Below, in pieces: positions 9,191 through 16,584 of a stretch of 62,959 nucleotides of DNA. Within the stretch, counting starts at the first letter, position 1, and each line of letters opens with the position of its first letter. The stretch is from Betaproteobacteria bacterium. Its GTDB lineage: Bacteria > Pseudomonadota > Gammaproteobacteria > Burkholderiales > JACQAP01. A program made the position numbers and the translations under genes. The stretch spans positions 1-62,959 of the forward strand of contig JANXVW010000137.1 in the NCBI GenBank assembly GCA_025351455.1. The letters run 5' to 3'. The notes under the pieces are model-generated. The model saw only the letters and a program-made list of their open reading frames with translations, was not told where the DNA came from and did no database searches.

Positions 9191-9758
9191 CCCCCAGTAC
9201 TTCAAATCCACCGCCAAGCGGTACGAACAAGGAGACATCCTCCGGGACGTGACGCTCATACAGTGGGCAGACGTGGAGGATGAGCGCGCCATTAATGTTG
9301 TCGAGCGTACGCTGCAGTATTGCGTTGTCGTTTCGCAGGAGTGCGACCTTGAACATGATTTCAACAACCGAGAAAAGCAAGACAAGAAGTCGGAAGACAA
9401 ATACCTCCAATCACTTCTGATCTGTCCAGCATATCAAGCCGAATCATTTCGAAAGGGCGAACATCTCAAGCAGTTGGAATTGAGAATGGAGGTCATCAAT
9501 AGCGACAACTGGAAGCGGCTGATTCAGAACAATCAGGCCCGCTATCACTACTTAGGTAGGCACGAGGATTTTCAGATCCCTGAACTGATTATTGATTTCA
9601 AGCACTACATGACAGTTCCGCGAGACATCTTATACCGTGAGAAATTTGAATCGTGCTACCTCGCCACGATCGAAATTTTGTTTCGCGATAGTCTCTCCGG
9701 ACGCTTTGCACAGTATCTTAGTCGCATTGGATTGCCTGACGAACTGACGTCTGTGTAG
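9171..9758 (+). CDS. Hypothetical protein with MazF/PemK-like motif order (island gene C)
   Basis: 195 aa. An in-frame TGA at 9162-9164 fixes the start. The motifs GDILRDV, CVVVSQECD, LLICPAY and LIIDFKHYMTVPRDIL occur in the same order as the PemK/MazF hallmarks (GDI.., RP.lVlS.d, v.v.PiTs, vl.dQirtiDk.rL), with longer linkers. This is pattern recognition only. Confidence 0.6.
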   Translation: MPLIAGSPQYFKSTAKRYEQGDILRDVTLIQWADVEDERAINVVERTLQYCVVVSQECDLEHDFNNREKQDKKSEDKYLQSLLICPAYQAESFRKGEHLKQLELRMEVINSDNWKRLIQNNQARYHYLGRHEDFQIPELIIDFKHYMTVPRDILYREKFESCYLATIEILFRDSLSGRFAQYLSRIGLPDELTSV

Positions 9759-9853
9759 TACGTATGCCACAAGACGGGCACTCACTAGCGGGAAGAACGA
9801 CCGATGCCCTCTGCAAACCAGACGTTCACGTGAGGGACGTGCGCCCAGCCACA

Positions 9854-11302
9854 CTAGTTTTGCATCTTTAAGATTTCCGCGCGGTATTCCAAAGCTTTAC
9901 CAAGTCGCGGATCATCATCTGGAAAAAGGGCCTTCATTCCGGAGCTCCTGCCATTTTCCACACCCCTCATGAAATCTCTATCGGCCACAATTTCGTTGCA
10001 ACATCGCAATATCTTCGGTCCGTCTACACCAAATAACTTCATGTACGCAGCTTCCGCTGCTTCTAGTGCGTCGTCCGATGTTGCAATCCCGCGACCTTGA
10101 ATAACCGAGTCCACTAAGCCGAACATCAGGCCCATGCTGTAGCGATCTTCCGATATGAGCCGTTTGGCTTTGTGCTCGTCCACCCCAGCATTTTCTATCT
10201 GAACGCGGAAAATCTGGAAGACAGCCTCCGCAGCTGATCCCGGAGTGTTGCCAATAACGCTTCGTATAAGAGGAAACGTAGAAACGTCAGTGCCTGACCC
10301 GGACAGTTTCGTTTCCGTCAATGCTTCCCTTTCCGCAGAAATAAGTCGCTCTGCTCGCTGCCTGATATAGAGCACCTTAGTCTGCTTGTCATCTCCGCCG
10401 CATTCCGCAAATACTCGAGTCCACAGTCCCTTGTCTGCGGTACCGTCTTCCAACTCTTTGGCTATGTCCGCATAGATACGTTCTTCGTCGACAGAAGCAT
10501 TTGTCGGAGATACAGCATGGTTTTTAGGAGGCGCTTTGTCGGAGGAATAGGATTCCATCGAAACCGCCGACATGGATGAGTTCGACGAACGAGTCGGCGT
10601 ACCCTCGGCCGGACGATCAAGCAACCGCCGCGTCAAATTACCGACCACGAGAAACCAAAGGCCCGCCACAAGGAGAGACATCGCGCATGCGGCAATCGAT
10701 CCGTAGTGCATGCCGATACTCTGATCCAGCGTGATATCGCCCCGGGAAGCACTCCTCAAGGCTTGTTTGACGATGGACCACATGAACATGTGAGCAATAA
10801 TCCAAAAAATCCACCATACAAGAAGAATTCCCGAGGAGGAAGACTTGCTCCATTCCTCCCCCCCTCCATGGTCAACAGCCCCGACTTTGTAGATTTCGTT
10901 GAGTACTTGGTATGGCTTGTATAGGTTCACTAAGGGAACTATCCAGCCCCACGCTTTCCATCCTTCGTGAACGAAACCAGTTGCCTTAAATCTTTCCTTC
11001 GCATACTCGTAGCATGCAGCCAGCCAACTAAAGAGTGCCAATCCGACACCGATAGCCGTTAGGATCAGGACATTCGCAAAGGAGTCCCAAAACTTAAGTC
11101 TGCTAACTGCAGATTCGTAGTTATCGATTTCTAAAACTCCTGAGCGGATGTCATTGAGAGCATTCACCGCCCACAAGTCAGTGCCCGCCACCAACACTGT
11201 GACGCCAATGTCGATTCCGAGCGCTATGAAAAGCAAGTCCTTGGCATTCACAAGTTTTTCCTGGGTCACTTGTTCGTCCCATGCACGCATGTCCAATGTC
11301 AT
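9854..11302 (-). CDS. DUF4328-type multi-pass membrane protein with an uncharacterised cytoplasmic C-terminal half (island gene D)
   Basis: 482 aa. There is a strong SD (AGGAG, 7-nt spacing). The N-terminal half has several TM segments and GWKAWGWIVPLVNLYKPYQVLNEIYK (DUF4328-like). A Ser-rich linker follows, then the recurrent motif DKGLWTRVFAECGGDDKQTKVLYIRQRAERL, then about 150 aa of unknown fold. Confidence 0.65.
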   Translation of the reverse strand: MTLDMRAWDEQVTQEKLVNAKDLLFIALGIDIGVTVLVAGTDLWAVNALNDIRSGVLEIDNYESAVSRLKFWDSFANVLILTAIGVGLALFSWLAACYEYAKERFKATGFVHEGWKAWGWIVPLVNLYKPYQVLNEIYKVGAVDHGGGEEWSKSSSSGILLVWWIFWIIAHMFMWSIVKQALRSASRGDITLDQSIGMHYGSIAACAMSLLVAGLWFLVVGNLTRRLLDRPAEGTPTRSSNSSMSAVSMESYSSDKAPPKNHAVSPTNASVDEERIYADIAKELEDGTADKGLWTRVFAECGGDDKQTKVLYIRQRAERLISAEREALTETKLSGSGTDVSTFPLIRSVIGNTPGSAAEAVFQIFRVQIENAGVDEHKAKRLISEDRYSMGLMFGLVDSVIQGRGIATSDDALEAAEAAYMKLFGVDGPKILRCCNEIVADRDFMRGVENGRSSGMKALFPDDDPRLGKALEYRAEILKMQN

Positions 11303-11589
11303 TTGATTCTCCTAATGCCCGCAACCTTTAGTCGGTCAGTTTGCCACCTACGCTCTTGGGAGAAAACGCGCGAGAGATTCTACTTCTAGGAAGTCTCTGG
11401 GATTCTTCACTTCGTTTTGGAGACGGTAATGTTCAAGTGAGCGGGCTGGCGCCCGACAACGCCGCGATCGGGTGTCTGTTGGCACAGAGCAAGGATTTAG
11501 CCACTGCAGGATTTGAGTAACTTAGCTCTCCCTACGATTGAGGAGTTAGCGCGGCTTCGAATTTTGCGAAGTGGAAGGGTCACACGAAT

Positions 11590-12830
11590 CTGCCCTGTGC
11601 GGCGCGTGAGCCGGCTTAATCGGGGCGGTTTCAATGACCAAGTGCAAAAAGCGAAGCATGATGCTTCTTGAAATCGAAAGCGTCCGGGGTGAACAAGTCA
11701 GCAGGGCAGCGTAAGCCCATCGACTTGCGTGGCCTGGTGTTCAGTTTCCAGGCAATGGTATCGAGCTGCGCCTGGGTGAAGCCGCTCAAGTCGCTGCCCT
11801 TGGGCAGGTACTGTCGCAACAATCCGTTAGTGTTCTCGTTGATTCCGCGCTGCCATGGACTGTGCGGATCGGCGAAGTACACCTTCACCCCGGTGGCCTC
11901 GGTCAGGCGTTGATGCTCCGTCACCTCCCGGCCTTGATCATAAGTCATCGACAGTCGCATTTGCGCCTCGATGCGATTGAGCACGTGACTGAAGCCGCTC
12001 AGCGCCGATTGCGCACTGGCGTCCCTCATCCTGGAGAGCACGGTGAACAAGGTGGTGCGCTCCACCAGCGTACCGACAGCCGAGCGATTGTGGGCCCCCT
12101 TGATCAGATCGCCCTCCCAGTGCCCGGGTATCAGCCGCTCTTCAACTTCAGGCGGCCGGTCATGAATGCTGACCATGTCAGGAATGCGTCCGCGCCGGTC
12201 TTCGCCCCGTGCGCGGGGACGGCGCTTGGCATGGCCGAATCGCAACCAGCCAATGATTTCCGTGCGCAGCTCGCCACGCGGCATGGCGTAGATCGCGGTG
12301 TAGATGGTTTCGTGAGAAACCCGCAACGAAGGCGTTTCGGAATGCACAAGCGCCAGTGTGCCGGCAATCTGCTCGGGCGAGTAGCCCGCCTTGAGGTATC
12401 GGATGACACGACCCCACAACGCGCCGCCAGGGCGCAACCGGCGCTCAACGTGCGGCGTGAGCGTGCAGGCTCGGGCGCGTTGGTGGGCGACTTCGGCTCG
12501 GTAGCCGCCCGCCACCGGGGGTCGTCCTGGACCGCGATCCTCCTTCGGGCGAACCCAGCCGTTTCGACGCAGTTCGCGAGAAAGCGTCGATGCCGACCGA
12601 TTCAACCCCAAGGCAATCGCCGCCGGTTTGACTCCCATCTCAAGTTGCGTCTGGATCATCGTTCGCTCTTCAATACCCACCGACCGTAACGTTTTCCCAT
12701 GCAACATTCTCTCCCACAAATGTTGCACTTGGTTTTTGAGCGCGCCCGGCTTTAACGGCGACATGCACGCACGAAATTCATTGATAACCTTTTAACTACT
12801 ACCTCACATGCGCCGAGGCCATCACATACG
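11590..12830 (-). mobile_element. IS30-family insertion sequence (ends approximate)
   Basis: A GC-rich block containing an IS30-type transposase sits inside A/T-richer island DNA. I could not define the terminal inverted repeats by eye. Confidence 0.55.
11631..12764 (-). CDS. IS30 family transposase
   Basis: N-terminal HTH (IALGLNRSASTLSRELRRN) and a DDE region (HWEGDLI...TYDQGRE...ADPHSPWQRGINENTNGLLRQYLPKG). An alternative start is the ATG at 12707 (MLHGKT...). Confidence 0.9.
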   Translation of the reverse strand: MSPLKPGALKNQVQHLWERMLHGKTLRSVGIEERTMIQTQLEMGVKPAAIALGLNRSASTLSRELRRNGWVRPKEDRGPGRPPVAGGYRAEVAHQRARACTLTPHVERRLRPGGALWGRVIRYLKAGYSPEQIAGTLALVHSETPSLRVSHETIYTAIYAMPRGELRTEIIGWLRFGHAKRRPRARGEDRRGRIPDMVSIHDRPPEVEERLIPGHWEGDLIKGAHNRSAVGTLVERTTLFTVLSRMRDASAQSALSGFSHVLNRIEAQMRLSMTYDQGREVTEHQRLTEATGVKVYFADPHSPWQRGINENTNGLLRQYLPKGSDLSGFTQAQLDTIAWKLNTRPRKSMGLRCPADLFTPDAFDFKKHHASLFALGH

Positions 12831-13174
12831 TAAGGGATCACATTCGCAGTCATGTTTCTCAATCGGCAGACGATCCTAGCCTCATTAAGCAAGTGTTCAG
12901 ATTTTTCACGCAACGTTTTATCGAGGGTTCGTAACGTGCCATTCTCCACCCCGTCGTCAGGACGGCCGTAAGTGTAGGCTCGAGAACCTCGCCGGGGGTT
13001 CTGTAAAGTTCGAGGAGGTCTTGCTGAATGGGCGGCGAACTACGTGGTCAAGTTTCACTTCTTTACCCACATCGAATCCTGCGGGTGCTGTGTAGCCCCG
13101 ATGAGTAGTAGACCAGAACGAGAACTTGGTTGAATCGAGCTAATTCTTTTGTGTAGAAAGCACTTAGAGGGAAT

Positions 13175-13251
13175 TGGCGCGCCCGAGACGATTCGAACGT
13201 CCGACCACTGCCTTCGGAGGGCAGTACTCTATCCAGCTGAGCTACGGGCGC
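13175..13251 (-). tRNA. tRNA-Arg (anticodon CCG)
   Basis: Folded by hand: GCGCCCGTAGCTCAGCTGGATAGAGTACTGCCCTCCGAAGGCAGTGGTCGGACGTTCGAATCGTCTCGGGCGCGCCA. It has a 7-bp acceptor stem, anticodon loop CTCCGAA, T-loop TTCGAAT and an encoded CCA. Confidence 0.9.
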
Positions 13252-13366
13252 ATCGGGTTCGAAGTTTACGGCCAAAGGGCATTCGAGTCCATTGCCCCGC
13301 TTTTTAGGGGTGGTCGAATAGCCTATAATTTGCGCCTTCCAAAGGTTTAACCGCAAAGGATTTTTC

Positions 13367-13912
13367 ATGTCCGAAGTGCATGTCGAGGACCACTCCTCGC
13401 TGATCAAGACCCCCCAGCAACTGATCGTGGTCGTCGTGCTGGCGTTTGTCATTCCCGTCGTGGGAATCGTCATGATCGCCAGCGCCATTACCGGCGGGCT
13501 GAAGACCGAAGCCGCCGGCGATGCCGGGGCCGTTGCGGAACGCCTCAAGCCGGTCGGGACCGTGGTAATCGGTGACGTCCCGGCGCCAGCCGCGGGAGCG
13601 CAACCCGCAGCCGCGGCAAGCGGGGTGAAGTCCTCGAGCGGCGAACCGATCAAGACAGCCGCGGCGGGCGGTCCGGGCGCCGGGAAAAAACTCTATGACA
13701 CGGTCTGCATGGCCTGTCATGCCGCGGGTCTCGCGGGTGCGCCGAAGACCGGCGACAAAGCAGCCTGGAAACCGCGCATCGCCACCGGCAAGGAAGCGCT
13801 CTACAACAGCGCGCTGCACGGCAAGAACGCCATGCCGCCGAAGGGTGGTTCATCGGCTGCGGATGCCGACGTCAAGGCTGCGGTGGACTACCTGGTGGGG
13901 CTCGCAAAGTGA
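13367..13912 (+). CDS. Membrane-anchored cytochrome c5-type (class I) cytochrome c
   Basis: An N-terminal TM segment, an Ala/Pro-rich linker, the haem motif CMACH, and KNAMPPKGG (Met ligand region). Confidence 0.8.
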   Translation: MSEVHVEDHSSLIKTPQQLIVVVVLAFVIPVVGIVMIASAITGGLKTEAAGDAGAVAERLKPVGTVVIGDVPAPAAGAQPAAAASGVKSSSGEPIKTAAAGGPGAGKKLYDTVCMACHAAGLAGAPKTGDKAAWKPRIATGKEALYNSALHGKNAMPPKGGSSAADADVKAAVDYLVGLAK

Positions 13913-13930
13913 GCTGCTGCGCTCGCCGTG

Positions 13931-14025
13931 AATGGTGATTGGTAATTGGTGATTGAGAGGCGCGGCGATGCCGCGCCTTTTTATTTCCTGATTACCATTC
14001 ACGAATCACCAATTACCAATCACTG
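13931..14025. repeat. Heptamer-array inverted element (TGGTGAT/TGGTAAT family) enclosing a terminator
   Basis: GTGATTGGTAATTGGTGATT at 13935-13954 is the perfect reverse complement of 14004-14023. There is also an outer pair, GAATGGT / ACCATTC. Confidence 0.85.
13958..13985 (+). terminator. Rho-independent terminator downstream of the cytochrome c gene
   Basis: AGGCGCGGCGATGCCGCGCCT stem-loop followed by TTTTTATTT. Confidence 0.75.
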
Positions 14026-14032
14026 CCCTTAA

Positions 14033-14845
14033 ATGGCTACATACGCAATAGGCGACCTGCAGGGCTGCTTCGGCTCCCTGCAGGAATTGCTCGGTGAGAT
14101 CGGTTTCAACGAATCGGCGGACCGGCTGTGGCTGGTCGGCGATCTGGTGAATCGCGGGCCGCAGTCGCTGGAAATCCTTCGCTTCGTGAAATCGCTCGGC
14201 GATCGCGCCGTCAGCGTACTCGGCAACCACGACCTGCACCTGCTGATGATCGCGGAGGGGCGCGCGAGACAGCACCGCAAGGACACGCTCGGCGCAATCC
14301 TTGCCGCGCCCGATCGCGACGAGTTGCTGACCTGGCTGCGCGGGCTGCCGCTGATGCATTCGGACGGTGAATACACGATGGTGCATGCGGGCCTGCTGCC
14401 GTCATGGGACGTCGACCAGGCACTCGACCTCGCACGCGAGACCGAGCACGTTTTACAGGGATCCGATTGGCGCGGCCTGATGGCGCAAATGTATGGCAAC
14501 CAGCCGGACCACTGGGAGGAGGCACTCTCGGGTTACGACCGTCTGCGCGTCATTATCAATGCGATGACGCGCCTGCGCATCTGCACGGCGGATGGCCGCA
14601 TGGAATTCAGCCATAAAGGCGCCATCGAAGACGTTCCCGCAGGCTACATGCCGTGGTTCGCCGTCCCCGGACGCAAGAGCGCAAAGTCGACGCTCATCTG
14701 CGGGCACTGGTCGGCGATCGGGCTGCTGGCAGAGACAAACCTGCTGGCGCTGGATTCCGGTTGCCTTTGGGGAAGGCGTCTTAGCGCAGTGCGCTTGGAG
14801 GACCGGCGGATTTACCAGGTAACGTGCCCGAAACTGGCAGATTGA
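14033..14845 (+). CDS. apaH: Bis(5'-nucleosyl)-tetraphosphatase, symmetrical (ApaH)
   Basis: MATYAIGDLQGCF...WLVGDLVNRGPQSLE...GNHDLHLL...GHW: calcineurin-like metallophosphatase motifs typical of ApaH. Confidence 0.9.
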   Translation: MATYAIGDLQGCFGSLQELLGEIGFNESADRLWLVGDLVNRGPQSLEILRFVKSLGDRAVSVLGNHDLHLLMIAEGRARQHRKDTLGAILAAPDRDELLTWLRGLPLMHSDGEYTMVHAGLLPSWDVDQALDLARETEHVLQGSDWRGLMAQMYGNQPDHWEEALSGYDRLRVIINAMTRLRICTADGRMEFSHKGAIEDVPAGYMPWFAVPGRKSAKSTLICGHWSAIGLLAETNLLALDSGCLWGRRLSAVRLEDRRIYQVTCPKLAD

Positions 14846-15599
14846 GCGCGGCCGCGATCGCGGTCTGCGTTTGCGCCGCCAGTTCCCGCCGCGTTTTCCC
14901 GGTTGCATCGATGGGCGGCAAGAAGGTCAGTTCGGCACGAATCGTCTTCTCGGCAAAAATCATCCTCAAGGATTCCGTCAACGACGTATCGCCGACGTAA
15001 CTTGCGTTGACGTTGATGTTGCCGGCTTCATCCAGATAACGCAGCGCCACCGGATACACCATCGCCCCCTCGTCAACGGCCGGCTGCAGCAATGACGCAT
15101 GGAAGCGCGTAAGTTCCATGCCGCTGCTGGTCGTGCCTTCGGGGAACACGCCGATGGCATCGCCCTCGCGGAATGCAGCCTGGATCGACTGGTTGATACG
15201 CGCCGCGTGGCGGTTCTTGCCGCGCTCGATGAACAACGTGCCCGTGTGCGCCGACAGCCAGCCAATCAACGGCCAGCGGCGCACCTCGGATTTGGCGACG
15301 AAACGCACCTGCCAGACGGAATGGATCAACTGGATGTCGAGCCAGGAAACGTGGTTCGCCACAAGCACCGCGGCGCGGTCCGCCACCGCGGGCGGCGATC
15401 CGCAGAAGTTCGGCCGCACGTTGAGGATGGCAAGCAGCCGCGCGGACCAGCGACCCACCGCGCGCTTGCGCCGCGGTTTCCCATAGAGGGGAAAGAACAG
15501 CGTGACTTCGAAGAATCCGGAAAGCAGATGCACTACCACGGTGACTGCACGATAGAGCCGGACCGGAATCGGGGTCTTCGAACTCCCGGAGCGACTCAT
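14781..15599 (-). CDS. Lysophospholipid (1-acyl-sn-glycerol-3-phosphate) acyltransferase family protein
   Basis: NHVSWLDI (HX4D block) and VFPEGTTS block; 272 aa. The 3' end overlaps apaH convergently. Confidence 0.8.
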   Translation of the reverse strand: MSRSGSSKTPIPVRLYRAVTVVVHLLSGFFEVTLFFPLYGKPRRKRAVGRWSARLLAILNVRPNFCGSPPAVADRAAVLVANHVSWLDIQLIHSVWQVRFVAKSEVRRWPLIGWLSAHTGTLFIERGKNRHAARINQSIQAAFREGDAIGVFPEGTTSSGMELTRFHASLLQPAVDEGAMVYPVALRYLDEAGNINVNASYVGDTSLTESLRMIFAEKTIRAELTFLPPIDATGKTRRELAAQTQTAIAAALNLPVSGTLPGKSAGPPSALR

Positions 15600-15627
15600 C
15601 GGGTTTCACGGCAGGCAGTGTTTGCGG

Positions 15628-16563
15628 CTACCACGGCGCCCGGCCGAAGGCTTCGCGAAACCGCTGGCTGATGTCTTCTCGCGTGAACTGGTGATTTTGC
15701 GCACCGCGCTGCGCGATCTTGATCGAGCCGAGCAATGAAGCCAGCCGCCCGGTCGTCGGCCAATCGAGGTGGTTGGTAATGCCGTACAGCAGGCCGGCAC
15801 GATAGGCGTCGCCGCAACCCGTCGGGTCCACGACTTGCGCCGGCTTGACGCTGGGAATGGTTTCCGCCTTGCCGTTGACAAATACCTGGGAACCTTTTGC
15901 CCCCTCGGTGACCACCAGCGCCTTGACCAGCCGCGACAATTCCTCGATGCTTTTTCCAGTGCGCTCCTGCAGCAGCTTGGCTTCGTAGTCGTTGGCCGCC
16001 ACGTAATCGGCGCGATTGATGAAGTCCAGCAACTCTTCGCCGTTGAACATCGGCAATCCCTGTCCCGGATCGAAAATGAACGGAATCCCGGCTTCGTGAA
16101 ACTCTCGCGCGTGCTGCTGCATGCCCTCGCGTCCGTCGGGGGCAACGATGCCCAGGCCGACGTCGCGCACGTCCGCAATATGGTTCAGGTGCGAAAAATT
16201 CATCGCGCCGGGATGGAACGCCGTGATCTGGTTGTCGTCCAGGTCGGTGGTAATGAAGGCCTGCGCCGTGAAAGAGTCGGGCACGTGGCGTACATGCGCC
16301 TGGGACAGGCGCAGTTTGTCCATGCGATAGGCGTAAGGCTGATAGTCGTCGCCCACGGTTGCCATGATCAACGGATCGCCGCCGAGCATTTTAAGCGAGT
16401 AGGCGATATTGCCGGCGCAGCCGCCAAACTCCCGGCGCATGTCGGGCACCAGGAACGCGACGTTCAGGATGTGAATCTGGTCGGGGAGAATGTGGTCCTT
16501 GAAATGCCCGCCGAACACCATGATGGTGTCGTAGGCGATGGAACCGCAGATCAGCGTGCGCAT
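15628..16563 (-). CDS. PfkB-family carbohydrate/nucleoside kinase (adenosine kinase-like)
   Basis: MRTLICGSIAYDTIM...GGCAGNIAYSL...DPTGCGDAYRAGLLYG (PfkB signature 2). Confidence 0.8.
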   Translation of the reverse strand: MRTLICGSIAYDTIMVFGGHFKDHILPDQIHILNVAFLVPDMRREFGGCAGNIAYSLKMLGGDPLIMATVGDDYQPYAYRMDKLRLSQAHVRHVPDSFTAQAFITTDLDDNQITAFHPGAMNFSHLNHIADVRDVGLGIVAPDGREGMQQHAREFHEAGIPFIFDPGQGLPMFNGEELLDFINRADYVAANDYEAKLLQERTGKSIEELSRLVKALVVTEGAKGSQVFVNGKAETIPSVKPAQVVDPTGCGDAYRAGLLYGITNHLDWPTTGRLASLLGSIKIAQRGAQNHQFTREDISQRFREAFGRAPW

Positions 16564-16584
16564 GGTTTCACCTGGATTTTGTTA

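Noticed and set aside
11560-12860. Terminal inverted repeats and target duplication of the IS30 copy
   Set aside because: The best by-eye alignment of the ends (CGGCGC...CAATGA blocks) matches only about half of the positions. An AAGGG(A)TCACA direct repeat at 11574 and 12833 is imperfect. The boundaries are left approximate.
12831-13174. Remnant of a tyrosine integrase next to the tRNA
   Set aside because: I translated both strands by hand. No frame gave an integrase-like N- or C-terminal motif, and all frames are interrupted by stops.
13063-13653. 196-aa minus-strand ORF
   Set aside because: It reads straight through tRNA-Arg and runs antisense to the cytochrome c gene, so it is an artefact.
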